Virus record (IMG/VR): IMGVR_UViG_3300045256_000653
Span: 14,356-78,355 of that record
Strand: one strand, 5' to 3'
From: a virus
DNA length: 64,000 nt
Notes under the pieces: generated by a model
What the model saw: the letters and a program-made list of their open reading frames with translations, nothing else
The model's database searches: none
What the model was told of the DNA's origin: nothing
Shown here: positions 10,825 to 21,479 of the stretch, one piece after another
Layout of the letters: the number at the start of each line of letters is the position of its first letter
How positions within the stretch are numbered: position 1 is the stretch's first letter
Translations under genes and position numbers: made by a program

Positions 10825-10831
10825 GGGGACC

Positions 10832-12916
10832 TCACGTCACCGAGCCCAGCACCACGGAGGCGCGCTGCTGGAAGTTGTGAGCCGAACCTCCAAAGCCTCC
10901 GGATGCAATGGCGAGAGCGAGATTCGCCCACGTGCACGTGATCACGCCCGTGGGGGCGCCCACGGCTTCGTCCCACGCACGAGCGGTCGCCGCATCGGCA
11001 AGGATGAAGTCGCCGCCGGTCCCCGTGATTGTCGTGATCGAATTCCTGTGAATGCTGAGCGAAGAGCCGGCGGACATTCGGATGCCCGCCCCAGCATTCC
11101 CCGATCCCCAGATCGAACCGACAACGCCCAAGCTGGCCGCCTGTTCGAGGAACACGTCTTTCGCGAAGCCGACGTTGATTCCGTGTCCCCCAGGATTGGC
11201 GAAGGAGATTGGGACATCGAACACGGCAACACTGCCGGCGTTGATTGCGTTGGACCCCACAAACAGAAGGGGGACCCCCTGGAGGTACGTGGTGACGTTG
11301 CCAAAACTGCCGCGCCAATTCGAAACGAGGAAGAATGGGTTTTGCGCGTTGATGTACTTGAAGAGGCAGCCGGAAAACCCGATGTTGTTGAAGAACGTCG
11401 TGCCCAGCACGCCATCGCTCAAGAACGAATTGATGTAATATTCCGAGCGGAGATAGAGCGGCTGACGGACGCGGCATCCGTAATACGAGATGGAGAGGTT
11501 GTGACCATCCGCGTGATCAGAGATGGCGAACCCAGGGCCGGGGTTCTGGATGTCCAGGTTCGCGACGTTGACGATGAGTGCGAACCCGAAAGCCGAGGTG
11601 GTGCGCCTAACACGAATCTCACCCAGGTTGATCTTCGTAAGGCGCTCGACCGCGTAAGTATTGCCGTTGGCGGGGGTCACGGCGTTGGCCGTATTGAAGA
11701 AGTCCGGCTCGTCCCAAGTGCAGGGAGGCGAGACCCTCAAAGAACCGCTTCCCAAATCCTTCGCGGGCCAGCACGTGCCGTTGTTTGCCGGGCCGTTGGT
11801 GAAGCGGATACGCGCGTCCGTTTCCCACGTGACAACGCCCGTGTCTTTGATCACCCAGGGCTGGTTGGTGTTCGGGTTTTCGACGATGACGCCACCGGAG
11901 TTCGCAAGTGTGCCCGTCCGCAACGTCGCCGTGTTCTCTCCGAGAATTCGGAAGTACGTGTCCACGTCGGCGGTGACATCCAGCTCGAAGTAGTCGGGCG
12001 CCAGGAGGTCGTTCTTGATGTGGTAGCGGATCGACAGGTCCACGCTCGTGCTGCGGACCAAGTTGCCGTGACCGTAGCGGCGCGAGAGTTCCGCACCCGT
12101 CCTGAGCGCGGTGAGCGCCGTCGCGCCGTTGTTTTCGTCGTTGCCGGCGATGCTGTCGATGTACCAGTCGTCGTGTTCGAGGCGCCACGAGGGGTGGCTG
12201 AACGAGGTTCGTAGCCAACGCGTGGCCCCGCCGCTTTGGGTGGTTTGGACAGTGATACCGTCCGCAGCCAACGTAGAACTCGACGTGTAGATGAAGAACG
12301 TCTTCAGCGTCTTGACGAAGACGAGTTCTCCCTCGACGCCGGGCAGGAGCGCGAGTTCCGCCATGTTGTTGGCGATCGTGACGCCGCTTGCGCCCTGCTC
12401 TTTGAGGAAGTCGATGACCCCCTGAACGGTGTTGAACCCAAGGTGCGGCGTGTTGAGAGAATCGTCGTAGAAGAGAGCGGCGGCGCCCGTTCGGAGGATC
12501 GGGTTGAGGAGTGTCGCCCAACCAAAGGACGTGTTGCCTTCTCGCTGTTCGCCGGTGGACGCGACGCGCTTTCCAAACGACGTCAACGTGTAGATCGCAA
12601 AGGTCGAGATGAGGGGACCCCCAGGTCCGGTCACCGTGCTCATGAAGAGCAGCGCTCGTCCTTGCGCGTTGGGGTAGGTGAAAGTGACAGTCGCGTTCGG
12701 CGTCGTCACCTGGTTCGTCGAGGGATTGACGTTCGTGAGGGACGGAGCGGTCGAAAGCTCGTCCGTACCGATGACCTGGAGGTACCACTTGTCCACCCCA
12801 GTGGCATCGACGAGCTTGATGCTGATCGTGTGGTTCTGGCCAACGTTCACGCCGTTTGCGGGCGGATTGAACGGGCCAGCGCCATCGGCGACAAGACACA
12901 ACGGGGAAATCAGCAT
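10832..12916 (-). CDS. Virion fibre protein
   Basis: 694 aa; N-terminal ~170 aa paralogous to 13807-19032; YIDSIAGNDENNG module. Confidence 0.7.
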   Translation of the reverse strand: MLISPLCLVADGAGPFNPPANGVNVGQNHTISIKLVDATGVDKWYLQVIGTDELSTAPSLTNVNPSTNQVTTPNATVTFTYPNAQGRALLFMSTVTGPGGPLISTFAIYTLTSFGKRVASTGEQREGNTSFGWATLLNPILRTGAAALFYDDSLNTPHLGFNTVQGVIDFLKEQGASGVTIANNMAELALLPGVEGELVFVKTLKTFFIYTSSSTLAADGITVQTTQSGGATRWLRTSFSHPSWRLEHDDWYIDSIAGNDENNGATALTALRTGAELSRRYGHGNLVRSTSVDLSIRYHIKNDLLAPDYFELDVTADVDTYFRILGENTATLRTGTLANSGGVIVENPNTNQPWVIKDTGVVTWETDARIRFTNGPANNGTCWPAKDLGSGSLRVSPPCTWDEPDFFNTANAVTPANGNTYAVERLTKINLGEIRVRRTTSAFGFALIVNVANLDIQNPGPGFAISDHADGHNLSISYYGCRVRQPLYLRSEYYINSFLSDGVLGTTFFNNIGFSGCLFKYINAQNPFFLVSNWRGSFGNVTTYLQGVPLLFVGSNAINAGSVAVFDVPISFANPGGHGINVGFAKDVFLEQAASLGVVGSIWGSGNAGAGIRMSAGSSLSIHRNSITTITGTGGDFILADAATARAWDEAVGAPTGVITCTWANLALAIASGGFGGSAHNFQQRASVVLGSVT

Positions 12917-12980
12917 GCCGGGCTCTGCTCAAGCCCGAGGCATAAGAACTGTATCTTCCAGGACTACGGCCACACTAGAG

Positions 12981-13805
12981 TCACCATTCGATGATGATGA
13001 TCCCGGACCCGCCGTTACCCCCACGACCCGGTGTCCCAGAGGTTGCGTTGCCGCCGCCTGATCCGCCACCGCCACCGCCGCCAATGCCGGTGTTCGCCGT
13101 CGCGTCGGTTCCTTGGGTAGCGTTGCTCGACGGAGCGCCGCTGTTTCCGTTGGACGCGGCGCCGCCGCTGACTCCGATTGCGATCTGATTTCCAGCCGAG
13201 ACGCCACCCCCACCACCGCCGTGATACGTGCTTTGGTTGGTTCCTGCCGAACCGACAGTTGGGTACGTGCTAGTCGTTCCTGCCCAGCCGCCGGGACCCG
13301 GCAAGTTTCCGGGTCCGCTACCACCGGCCGCACCACCGTCACCCGACTTGAAGACGGTGGTTGAGCCCACGTTTGCGTTGAGAGTGCCACCCAAACCGCC
13401 AGCACCATCCGAGGCGCCAGAGCCATCGGATCCTTTGGCACCCCTGCCAGATCCTTTGAATGCGGCTAGGACAGTCCCACCTGCGTGAGTCTGGAAGAGG
13501 GAGTCGTTCCCATCGGTTCCGTTTTGGGGTGAGGGCGCAGTGCCGCCTCCGGACCCTCCAGAGCCGCACGTCCCGTCGTAAACAGTGCCCGGGGTGACGG
13601 TTACCGGAATGGGACCGCCCCATTCCGCAGACCCTCCGGCGCCGCCGCCCCCACCGCCGCCCGCAGACCCAGCTCCGGATCCCGTGCCCTTGCCACCCGC
13701 ACCACCGCCCGCTCCACCCCCACAACCGGAGACGAAGACCCTGGTCACACCATTGGGGCATGTCCAAGACGTGGCGACTGTCGCAGTGAAAACAAACCTG
13801 GGCAT
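12981..13805 (-). CDS. Glycine-rich phage tail protein
   Basis: WTCPNGVTRVFVSGCGGGAGG...GGNGGSGIIIIEW, typical glycine-rich domain of tail proteins. Confidence 0.75.
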   Translation of the reverse strand: MPRFVFTATVATSWTCPNGVTRVFVSGCGGGAGGGAGGKGTGSGAGSAGGGGGGGAGGSAEWGGPIPVTVTPGTVYDGTCGSGGSGGGTAPSPQNGTDGNDSLFQTHAGGTVLAAFKGSGRGAKGSDGSGASDGAGGLGGTLNANVGSTTVFKSGDGGAAGGSGPGNLPGPGGWAGTTSTYPTVGSAGTNQSTYHGGGGGGVSAGNQIAIGVSGGAASNGNSGAPSSNATQGTDATANTGIGGGGGGGSGGGNATSGTPGRGGNGGSGIIIIEW

Positions 13806-13806
13806 G

Positions 13807-16800
13807 TTAGCAATTGAACCTTCTGACGATCCACCAATCGGTGCCGTCCGAGAGCAGCTCAAGGGTTGCGTACGGACCCCCGCTCACAACCATGTCGCCA
13901 GCCGTTCCTTCGATCTTTCCAGAACCAGTTCGAACTAGCGTGAAAAGGTTCGTCGAGTCTGCGGTGCCCGTCGTCGATTTGGCGATCACCTTGCGGCCGG
14001 CCCACAAGCTCGGATCCGGCAGCGTGAGATTCTTGCCGTCCGCCGTTGCGAGGAGGTACGTGTCCGGTCCGGTGGTATCGACCGTGTAGTTGTTCGAGAA
14101 CGCTCGCTGCTGGCTGCTCTCCGTTCCGCTGATGATGGAGGAGAGGATGGCGTTGAGGTATTTGATTTCGAGAACGGTGGTGCCGTCACCGGTTCGCAGG
14201 CGCACGCCGCCGTCAACGCCGCCCGTTGCTTTTGCTCCACCTTGGAGGAGGAGGTACGCGCCGTTGCGATTCGTACCTGTCGCCGATGCGAAGGCGCTCT
14301 GCGCGTGAAACAGGAAGTCGTGGACGGCGGCGTCGCTCGTTCTGGATTCCTGGTAGATCTGCTCGGTGAAGCCCTGATCGAAAATCAGGTTGTTGCCGTT
14401 CCAGTAGAGCAACGAGCCGCCGGCGTTCCAATTGATGCTCGTGTTCGCGACTTCGTAGATCGAAGCCGGGAATCCGGCGCCAGTCGAATAGCTGCCGATG
14501 TAGACGTTGTTCGAAGTGAAGTAGATACCGCCGATATCCGCGCCATTCGACGAGTTGCGGAATCGGATCTCGGAATCGTACGGGAGGAGAATGGAGACAC
14601 CGGTCGCAGTGCCGATCGTCGCGAAGTTCGACTGCCCCATCTGAATGGCGCCGTCCAAACCAGCGCCATCATGAAGGCCGGGGCGAAGCCACAGGTTTCC
14701 TCCATTTCGGTTCGCGCCGGTCGAACCCGTGAAGGCATCTTGGCCAGCGATCTGCAACGTGTGCGTCGCCGCATCACTGGTCATCTTGTCGTAGATGATC
14801 GTCGCGCTTGTCGCATCGACACCGAAGCGGAACTTCGCTGTCGCGGACATATTGAAAAGGTACGAAGGCGTCGCGTAGGACTGCCCCAGTTGGAACGTCG
14901 AGGGCGATCCGTTGACGTACGCCATCTGGTACGTCCCGCTGATGCCGAAGTACATGTTGACGGACGGCGCGTTGAAGTACGTGCTCGATCCGTCTCCGAG
15001 GAAGGACCAATTCGTGCTGCTCGGAGCTGTGGCTGCGTTGCCGAACCACATTGCGCCGTACGTTGTTCCGCCGTCAACGTACTCGCCCATCGTGATGATG
15101 TTCGTGCCGCTGTAGCGGATGTTGAAACCACCGCTGTGTCCCGGGGACCCAACCTTCGCCGGAATGTCGATCGCCACGTTGCCTGGATTGCGATTCGCTC
15201 CCGTCGCAGATCCAAATGGCGCCATTCCTCGAATGATGAGATCTTTGGTCGCAACGTTAGAGACTTGGCCACGCTTCTCGATGACTTGATCGATGGTGAC
15301 GTTGTACGCTTGCATCACCCCCGTGTTGAGGATGTACCAGTGCGTGAGACCGGAGAAGCACGCGATGTTGACGGCGTTGACGGCGTTGAGCGTCAAGGAG
15401 CCGACTGGCGCCGTGAAGTCTTTCTTCGCTCCGAGGATGAGTCCTCCCGAATCCCAAGAGACCAACCCGTAGTCGGTCGCCGAGTAGTTTCCGGCGAGGA
15501 TGTTCTCGCTGTCTTTGCTTCGGATGTTTCCGAAGGCCGGGAAGGTCCCGCTGGCTGAATTCAGTCGAAGCGGCAGGTAGAAGTCGAACGTGCTGGCGTT
15601 GAAGTCGCCCGTGAGTACCGCGCCAATGCCCGTGTAGATGTGGCCTGCACCGCCAGGCGCGTTGACGTAGGTGTTAGTGCCATCACCCTCGATGGTGAAA
15701 TTCGTCGAGCTATTTGCCGTGGCGTTGTTCAGGATGTAGAGCATCCCGTAGTTGGCAGGGGCGCCTGCGTTTGGGCCGATTCGAACTTGGAAAGTGCTGC
15801 TCGTGCCGACAGACAACGACGGCGCAGCCGTCCCGCTCAATTGTGCGATGGCCGTAGTCGCGACGCTCCAGTAGTGCGTCCCCGAGCCTCCGGGCGTGTT
15901 CCAATACGAATTTGCCCCGTCGCCAAGAATCGTATAGTTGGTCGCGCTGCTCGCTGTTCCGTTGCTGAGAATGTAGAGAGAACCGAACAACGTGGGCGTA
16001 CCGACAGTCGGAGCAAGCCGAATTTGCATCTCTGTCGCTTTTCCAACGGAGAGCTGGCTGCCTGTTTCGGTGAACGTTGCGTACTCGGTGTGCGTCGAAC
16101 CTCGAATGTGGTGTGCAAGCGCGTCGAGGTACATGTTCCCCGGCGTCTCGATCGCGATCACACCATTCGAGAGGACGTCAACTTCGCTTGCACCTTGAAG
16201 AGACAGGTTGCTGACTTGGGAGACGTCACCCACCTGCACGTTGTTGGTGCCGTCAACGGAAAGGACATTTAGGTTGCCGGTGTTGCCGGAGTTCCTGGCC
16301 TTGATGTTGAAAGTCTTGGGCCAACGGAGGTAGCCGGCCGTCGCAAAGGTGTCCCCGTTGACACCCATCTCGATGTAGCCAAACGACGAGGTGTAGCCGC
16401 CCGTGTTTGCACCGATCAGAAGAGCAAGGGCTCCACCTTCACGATTGGCCCCGGTGGCGGTCCCCGACGCATCTTGGGCTTGATACGTGGTCTTCTTCGT
16501 CGCGTTGTCGCCAGAGCGCTGGGATTGACGGAAGAGGGGGTTGACGTCTTCGGCGTAGTCCCAGCTTCCGTAGGGGTAGAGCAGCGATTGGCTATGCCCG
16601 CTGGAGAAGACCGCAATGACACCGCAGTTATAGAGGTACCAGGTGTATGGCGGGCTGTTGTACCCGAAGTACATCAGCGACGAGGTATCGAGGAACGTGA
16701 TGTCGTTGCTATCGCCAAATCGCTTCCCGCCGAGGACAGGATCGATCTTGGCGATCAACGAATCGGCGGTTCCGCCGACGTTGCGACCGTAGAGCGAGAA

Positions 16801-19032
16801 GTCCTTCGCGACCCGCATGGTTCCGGTCGTCGCGACCGTGGTATCTCCAGTCGCAAAGAACCGGACGTGATAGTTGCCGGCTGCGTCGCAGATGTTGAAC
16901 GACGCGCCCTGCGTGTACATCGCGGACGGACCATTCAGGATCAACGACCCCGTTTGGGTAACATCACCGAGCGTGATGTTGTCGGCGCTGTCAAGGGACA
17001 GCAGGTTCGCGTCTCCAGAGTTGATGGAGTTGCGATTCTTGAGCGAGAAGTCTTTCGCCGCTCGCATCGTGCCTGCCGATGCAATGGCTGTCCCGCCGCC
17101 CGGAGAGAAACGGAGGAATTCCGTCGCCGCCGCCAAGAGTTCGATGTGGCCGGCCGCCGACGTGTTGATCGCGACCAGCGTGGGTTGAGCGGAAACGTAC
17201 GGGAAGGTCGAATTCGGAACGGGGCCGTTGACGCCCGTTTGGACCGCAGAGGCAATCCCCACGAACTGGCCTACGACCGTCGTGTAGTTGTGAACGTTGT
17301 CACCGATCTGAAGCGAGGTATTGTTGAGCGCCTGCTCGATGGTCGAGAGAACGTTGATGTTGCCCGCACCGGGACCCTGACCGGGAACCGTGTGCGTTTC
17401 GATCATGACGTAGCGATTGCCAAGACCGGACCCCGCTGTCGGGAACCGTAGAGCGCCCGTGTTCGGCGCGTTGTTGGCGCCGTCCGTCCACTTGATCGCA
17501 GCCGACGAAGACACAACGCCGGCGGTTCCCGTCATCGCAACGAGCGTGTTCGCTGAGGTCGTTCCGGTGACATCCCCGGTGAGCGTCTGCGCCGCTTGGT
17601 TGCCGCTGGGGAGGACCCCCGTGACGTAGTTCGCCCCGCCGCCAAGGTTCACCGGGCCGTAAGTCAGCGCCGAAACACCGCTGACTTGTAGGACGTTGCC
17701 CGTCGTGAGGGCGCCGGCAGCGGGGACCGATGCGCCGTTGATCTTCGCGACGGTCGGGTTGGGATAGGTACCCGAGAGATCTCCACCAGCGGCGCCCGTG
17801 GTACCAGAACCGAGCGCGAACCACGTGCCGCCTTCACGGACGTAAACGCCGGTCGCTCCGTCCGAACCGTCCGTGCGGAGATAGATCGAACCGTTCGCCG
17901 GAGTGGACGCCGGAACGCCCGTGCCGCTCGTCACGGTCGGTTGCGGATTCGCGAATCCGCCGACACCGAGCGTCGTGACATTCAGTTGGGCTCCGACCGC
18001 ACGAGCCGCTTCCGTCGATCCGGTCTTGAGCGAGACGTTGCCGTCCGTGCCGCTTCCGTCCTTGGGACCGCCAGCGATGACGACATCTGCGCCGGCTGCG
18101 TTGCTCCCGACCGCTGCCGCTTGGCCGATGAATGACATCGTGTGGCCGGCACCGGCCACCGCTTGAAGCTGTGTGAGGACGATGGTCGCAGCGGCAACCC
18201 AGCGAAGCGTGCCCGGAGTGATCGGGAACGGAGAACCGCCCGAGATCCCGGCGACCGTTGCCGAAGACGTCGTTCCAGAGAGATCTCCGGCGAGGTTTTG
18301 CGCCGCTTGGTTGCCGGCAGGAAGGACACCAGTGACGTAGTTGGCTCCGCCCGCGAGATTGACGGGTCCGTACGCTAGTGCGGATGCGCCGCTGACCTGG
18401 AGAACGTTTCCGGGAGTGAGAGCGCCCGCGACCGGAACCGTGGCTCCGTTGATCTTGATGACGGAGTTCGCGTTGAGGGCTCCGGTGACGTCCCCGTTGA
18501 GGGAAGGCGTTGCGCCCTTCAAGTAGTCGATTGCGCCTTGAATCGTGTTGGCGCCGGTCGGAGGACCAAGGAGGCTGTCGTTGTAGTAGAGGACCGACGC
18601 GCCCGATCGGATGAGCGGGTTGAAGATCGCGAGCCAACCCGAGACGGTGTTCCCTTCGAGGGTCTCGCCGAATGCGCCGACTCGTCGATTGTGCGCCGTC
18701 AGAGTGTAGAACTCGAACGTTGTTGCGTTCGGGCCGCCCGTTCCCTGGACGGTGCTTCGGAGAATGACAGCGCGTCCGGTCGCGTTCGGGAATGTGAATG
18801 TGACGACCGTCGAAGGCGTCGCCACCTGGTGCGTGATCGGGTTGACCCCCGTGAGCGTCGGAGCCGACGAAAGTTCGTCGATGCCGAAGACTTCCAGGAA
18901 CCACGTAGTGACACCCGTGGTGTCCGCCAGCTTGACACTGATGGTGTCATTCGCAGCGACGTTGATTCCGTTCGTCGTCGAGATGAACGGTCCAGCGTTG
19001 ATCGCTGCAAGGCAGACGGGGGAGACCGGCAT
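13807..19032 (-). CDS. Long tail fibre protein (1741 aa) with internal repeats
   Basis: Repeated GD(L/V)SGT..KINGA.VP.AGALT.GNVLQVSG..ALxYGPVNL.GGANYVTGVLP units; fibre-like C-terminus. Confidence 0.75.
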   Translation of the reverse strand: MPVSPVCLAAINAGPFISTTNGINVAANDTISVKLADTTGVTTWFLEVFGIDELSSAPTLTGVNPITHQVATPSTVVTFTFPNATGRAVILRSTVQGTGGPNATTFEFYTLTAHNRRVGAFGETLEGNTVSGWLAIFNPLIRSGASVLYYNDSLLGPPTGANTIQGAIDYLKGATPSLNGDVTGALNANSVIKINGATVPVAGALTPGNVLQVSGASALAYGPVNLAGGANYVTGVLPAGNQAAQNLAGDLSGTTSSATVAGISGGSPFPITPGTLRWVAAATIVLTQLQAVAGAGHTMSFIGQAAAVGSNAAGADVVIAGGPKDGSGTDGNVSLKTGSTEAARAVGAQLNVTTLGVGGFANPQPTVTSGTGVPASTPANGSIYLRTDGSDGATGVYVREGGTWFALGSGTTGAAGGDLSGTYPNPTVAKINGASVPAAGALTTGNVLQVSGVSALTYGPVNLGGGANYVTGVLPSGNQAAQTLTGDVTGTTSANTLVAMTGTAGVVSSSAAIKWTDGANNAPNTGALRFPTAGSGLGNRYVMIETHTVPGQGPGAGNINVLSTIEQALNNTSLQIGDNVHNYTTVVGQFVGIASAVQTGVNGPVPNSTFPYVSAQPTLVAINTSAAGHIELLAAATEFLRFSPGGGTAIASAGTMRAAKDFSLKNRNSINSGDANLLSLDSADNITLGDVTQTGSLILNGPSAMYTQGASFNICDAAGNYHVRFFATGDTTVATTGTMRVAKDFSLYGRNVGGTADSLIAKIDPVLGGKRFGDSNDITFLDTSSLMYFGYNSPPYTWYLYNCGVIAVFSSGHSQSLLYPYGSWDYAEDVNPLFRQSQRSGDNATKKTTYQAQDASGTATGANREGGALALLIGANTGGYTSSFGYIEMGVNGDTFATAGYLRWPKTFNIKARNSGNTGNLNVLSVDGTNNVQVGDVSQVSNLSLQGASEVDVLSNGVIAIETPGNMYLDALAHHIRGSTHTEYATFTETGSQLSVGKATEMQIRLAPTVGTPTLFGSLYILSNGTASSATNYTILGDGANSYWNTPGGSGTHYWSVATTAIAQLSGTAAPSLSVGTSSTFQVRIGPNAGAPANYGMLYILNNATANSSTNFTIEGDGTNTYVNAPGGAGHIYTGIGAVLTGDFNASTFDFYLPLRLNSASGTFPAFGNIRSKDSENILAGNYSATDYGLVSWDSGGLILGAKKDFTAPVGSLTLNAVNAVNIACFSGLTHWYILNTGVMQAYNVTIDQVIEKRGQVSNVATKDLIIRGMAPFGSATGANRNPGNVAIDIPAKVGSPGHSGGFNIRYSGTNIITMGEYVDGGTTYGAMWFGNAATAPSSTNWSFLGDGSSTYFNAPSVNMYFGISGTYQMAYVNGSPSTFQLGQSYATPSYLFNMSATAKFRFGVDATSATIIYDKMTSDAATHTLQIAGQDAFTGSTGANRNGGNLWLRPGLHDGAGLDGAIQMGQSNFATIGTATGVSILLPYDSEIRFRNSSNGADIGGIYFTSNNVYIGSYSTGAGFPASIYEVANTSINWNAGGSLLYWNGNNLIFDQGFTEQIYQESRTSDAAVHDFLFHAQSAFASATGTNRNGAYLLLQGGAKATGGVDGGVRLRTGDGTTVLEIKYLNAILSSIISGTESSQQRAFSNNYTVDTTGPDTYLLATADGKNLTLPDPSLWAGRKVIAKSTTGTADSTNLFTLVRTGSGKIEGTAGDMVVSGGPYATLELLSDGTDWWIVRRFNC

Positions 19033-19046
19033 CCGTCACTCCCCCT

Positions 19047-19382
19047 TCACGGACAGGTTTTCTGGCGCGCCGTTTCGATCTCGTCACACGACTTGATTTG
19101 CAGCAAGCAGCGCGGGTTCAGGTAGAGCCCGTTGTTCTGTTGGTCCTTGCAGAAGTCCGTGCACGACTTGTTGGGGACGTCCACCGGGCCGGGAAGATCC
19201 GAGTCGTAGACCGGAGCACCCTCTGCGCATCCGAGACCCCCAGCTTCGACCGGGCCGATGTGCTGGCACATGGCAGCGCACAACTCCGAATCGACTGGGT
19301 GCGGCGGCCGAGGAGGATTCGGCGTCGAGGGCGGGCAGGCGATCAGCCCGATTGCGAGGATCGCGAGTAGTTGTAGGCGCAT
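19047..19382 (-). CDS. Cys-rich putative lipoprotein
   Basis: MRLQLLAILAIGLIAC lipobox, Pro-rich linker, multiple Cys. Confidence 0.65.
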   Translation of the reverse strand: MRLQLLAILAIGLIACPPSTPNPPRPPHPVDSELCAAMCQHIGPVEAGGLGCAEGAPVYDSDLPGPVDVPNKSCTDFCKDQQNNGLYLNPRCLLQIKSCDEIETARQKTCP

Positions 19383-20527
19383 GGCTCTCGAAGAGAGGGC
19401 GCCATAAGGAGAACTTCGGATGCGAGAACCGCTCGAAACGATTCGATTTGGTCCCGGTTCATGTCGCGACCGACGCAGTACCACATGAAGGCCTCAGCGA
19501 ACGCTTCGACCGCGTTCGTCTTGCCGTACTCCGAGACAGGCAAAACGCCCTCTTGAAGGTAACCCTCAAACCGCGCTCGCTGCTCGCTGCTCATCCGTTT
19601 GAACCAGTAGCGGTGCCCAAGCTCGTGTATGACCGTACCGATGAGCCTATCGTCAGCCGGAGCGGTGATCGAAACAACATCACGTCCGCTGTGAAACATG
19701 CCGGCGGTGGATTGCAGATCCTTGTACCCGGCCTTCTCGTAGTTGGCCTTGTCCCAATCCGAGAGGTTGTTGAAGTCTGTCGATTGGATGAGAAGGACAC
19801 CGTACCAAAGATTGCCGAATCCCTTCTTGGTGGTCAGCGTGTGGGCGATGTCGAGCATGCGGATGTAGGGCCGGATGCGGTGACCGTTCCCTTTGGGGTC
19901 GGTCACGACGATCTTCATGTTGCCTAGCGAGAACTCCTTGAACGCGGGCTCTTCGAAGACTTGTTTCGTTACGTCGAGGCCCATCCCCTTTTCTGTCTGG
20001 ATTGTCTGTTCGAGACGTGCAGCATCCGCTCGCAGGATCTCTAGAAGCTTGTCGAGGAGTTCGGTGATGTTGGCTTCACGGTGTTGATTGAGCCCGCGTG
20101 TAGGGACGTACGTCGTGAGGAGATCCCCAAACTTCTCCTCGTAGAGCTTGCGCATCTTGGCGCCTTCCTCTACCGAGAATGTTCCTCGGCCGATGAACTT
20201 CGGATCGAGTTCGGCCTCCATCCAATGTCTGGCTCGACGCGTGGCATCGGAGATAGCTTCGCGGACGGCCTTGAATGCGTCCTTTGCCTTCTGGCTTTCT
20301 GTCATCGAGGGGACCGAAGTGTACGGGCCCCTGCGAACGTAGAAGACCTGATCCTCAAGGTTGTCCACGAACGACCGCAGGTGGTCGAACGCTTTCATGA
20401 TGCCGTCCCACCCGTGGGGCTTGACCTTCAAGAGCGAGAGCCACCCCCGGCGAACCCCCATGAGCCATTGCTTCGTGAGGAGTTCGGCCTTGAATCGCCG
20501 GGCAATGCGCTCTTCGATCGTGTTCAC
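19343..20527 (-). CDS. Zinc metallopeptidase-domain protein (lethal-factor-like HExxH)
   Basis: HELGH...VSEYGKTNAVEAFAEAF; GTG start inferred. Confidence 0.7.
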   Translation of the reverse strand: MNTIEERIARRFKAELLTKQWLMGVRRGWLSLLKVKPHGWDGIMKAFDHLRSFVDNLEDQVFYVRRGPYTSVPSMTESQKAKDAFKAVREAISDATRRARHWMEAELDPKFIGRGTFSVEEGAKMRKLYEEKFGDLLTTYVPTRGLNQHREANITELLDKLLEILRADAARLEQTIQTEKGMGLDVTKQVFEEPAFKEFSLGNMKIVVTDPKGNGHRIRPYIRMLDIAHTLTTKKGFGNLWYGVLLIQSTDFNNLSDWDKANYEKAGYKDLQSTAGMFHSGRDVVSITAPADDRLIGTVIHELGHRYWFKRMSSEQRARFEGYLQEGVLPVSEYGKTNAVEAFAEAFMWYCVGRDMNRDQIESFRAVLASEVLLMAPSLREPCAYNYSRSSQSG

Positions 20528-20529
20528 GG

Positions 20530-20820
20530 TCAGTGGGGTTCGTGGGTCTTCATGAGGAATTCGGCGAGCTGCTCGACCCCCGAAACATCCTTCATGTGCT
20601 TTTCGAGCATCTTGAGGAGCTGCTCGTTCTTCAACTCGTCCATCGCCTCGGGATCGTGGTGCTCGAACTTCTCCACAAGGTCGAGGTAGTGGTTCGCAGC
20701 CAACCTCATCTGTTGCGCAGCCTTGTGCAGCGGCACCGCGAGCTGCTTCACCTTGTGTAGGGATTCGCTCACGGGTTTGGTGTCGCTGAAAGCCCGGCGA
20801 TCGTAGGAGAAAGCGCCCAT
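20530..20820 (-). CDS. Hypothetical protein
   Basis: 96 aa; divergent from 20868; FSYDRR motif. Confidence 0.65.
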   Translation of the reverse strand: MGAFSYDRRAFSDTKPVSESLHKVKQLAVPLHKAAQQMRLAANHYLDLVEKFEHHDPEAMDELKNEQLLKMLEKHMKDVSGVEQLAEFLMKTHEPH

Positions 20821-20834
20821 CGTCGATCGCGGCC

Positions 20835-20854
20835 GATAAGAAGAACTTCTTATC
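20835..20854. promoter_or_regulatory. Palindromic pair of CTTCTTATC motifs serving divergent genes (candidate late promoters)
   Basis: gataagaag-aa-cttcttatc; each half 13-14 nt upstream of an ATG. Confidence 0.5.
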
Positions 20855-20867
20855 AGACCTCATCGGC

Positions 20868-21473
20868 ATGGACAGCCTTGCCCAGCGCGTCGCTCGACGC
20901 TTCTTGGCGGACACCCCCGAGGGGGCCGAGATCCGCAAGCGTATCGAGCAGATCCCGAACTGGGCGTCCTCGGAGTTCCTCCGGAAGATGCACAACATGG
21001 CGGGCCGCTACACGCTCTCGCCCAAGCAGATCGCTGTCATCGAGAGGATCGAGAAAGAACGGGCGGTCAAAAGCCAGCCGGCACCCACAAACGCGGACGT
21101 GGTTCTTCACCCGAAGAAGCAATGGGTCGAGCATCACGAGATCGAGTCGATCATCCAAGCCCTCAGGCAGAAAGCCGTTGTCCGTGTCTTCGACCCCCGC
21201 AGCCTCGTGGTCGAGAACACCACCATGCAGGGGTTCTTCATCAAGGAGCTGGCGAACGACTTCTACGGCGCCGCCGAGGACTACGCGGAGCGAAACGCCG
21301 ACGAGGATGACGAAGAGAAACGCGAGCGCAATCGCATGGGCCAGGACGCGGCGGACGCGGCGGCCCACGAGATGTCTCGCGCCAAGCTCCACGTGAAGAG
21401 GGACGGTCAGGTGACCGTGCTCACTTTGACCCCCTCCTACCAAGAAGTGCTGCACAAGCACCCGTTCCGCTGA
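20868..21473 (+). CDS. Hypothetical protein with RVARRF N-terminal motif
   Basis: 201 aa ORF. Confidence 0.7.
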   Translation: MDSLAQRVARRFLADTPEGAEIRKRIEQIPNWASSEFLRKMHNMAGRYTLSPKQIAVIERIEKERAVKSQPAPTNADVVLHPKKQWVEHHEIESIIQALRQKAVVRVFDPRSLVVENTTMQGFFIKELANDFYGAAEDYAERNADEDDEEKRERNRMGQDAADAAAHEMSRAKLHVKRDGQVTVLTLTPSYQEVLHKHPFR

Positions 21474-21479
21474 GGTACC

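Noticed and set aside
8735-12214. 1159-aa plus-strand ORF (also 6113-7837, 61786-63792, 41633-43603 and similar)
   Set aside because: Antisense shadows of real genes in GC-rich DNA; Arg/Val-rich with no motifs
17560-18500. Diversity-generating retroelement template/variable repeat in the fibre gene
   Set aside because: Repeats are in-frame protein repeats with differences not confined to adenines; no reverse transcriptase in the window
19047-19382. o-spanin call for the lipoprotein
   Set aside because: No adjacent i-spanin, holin or endolysin visible
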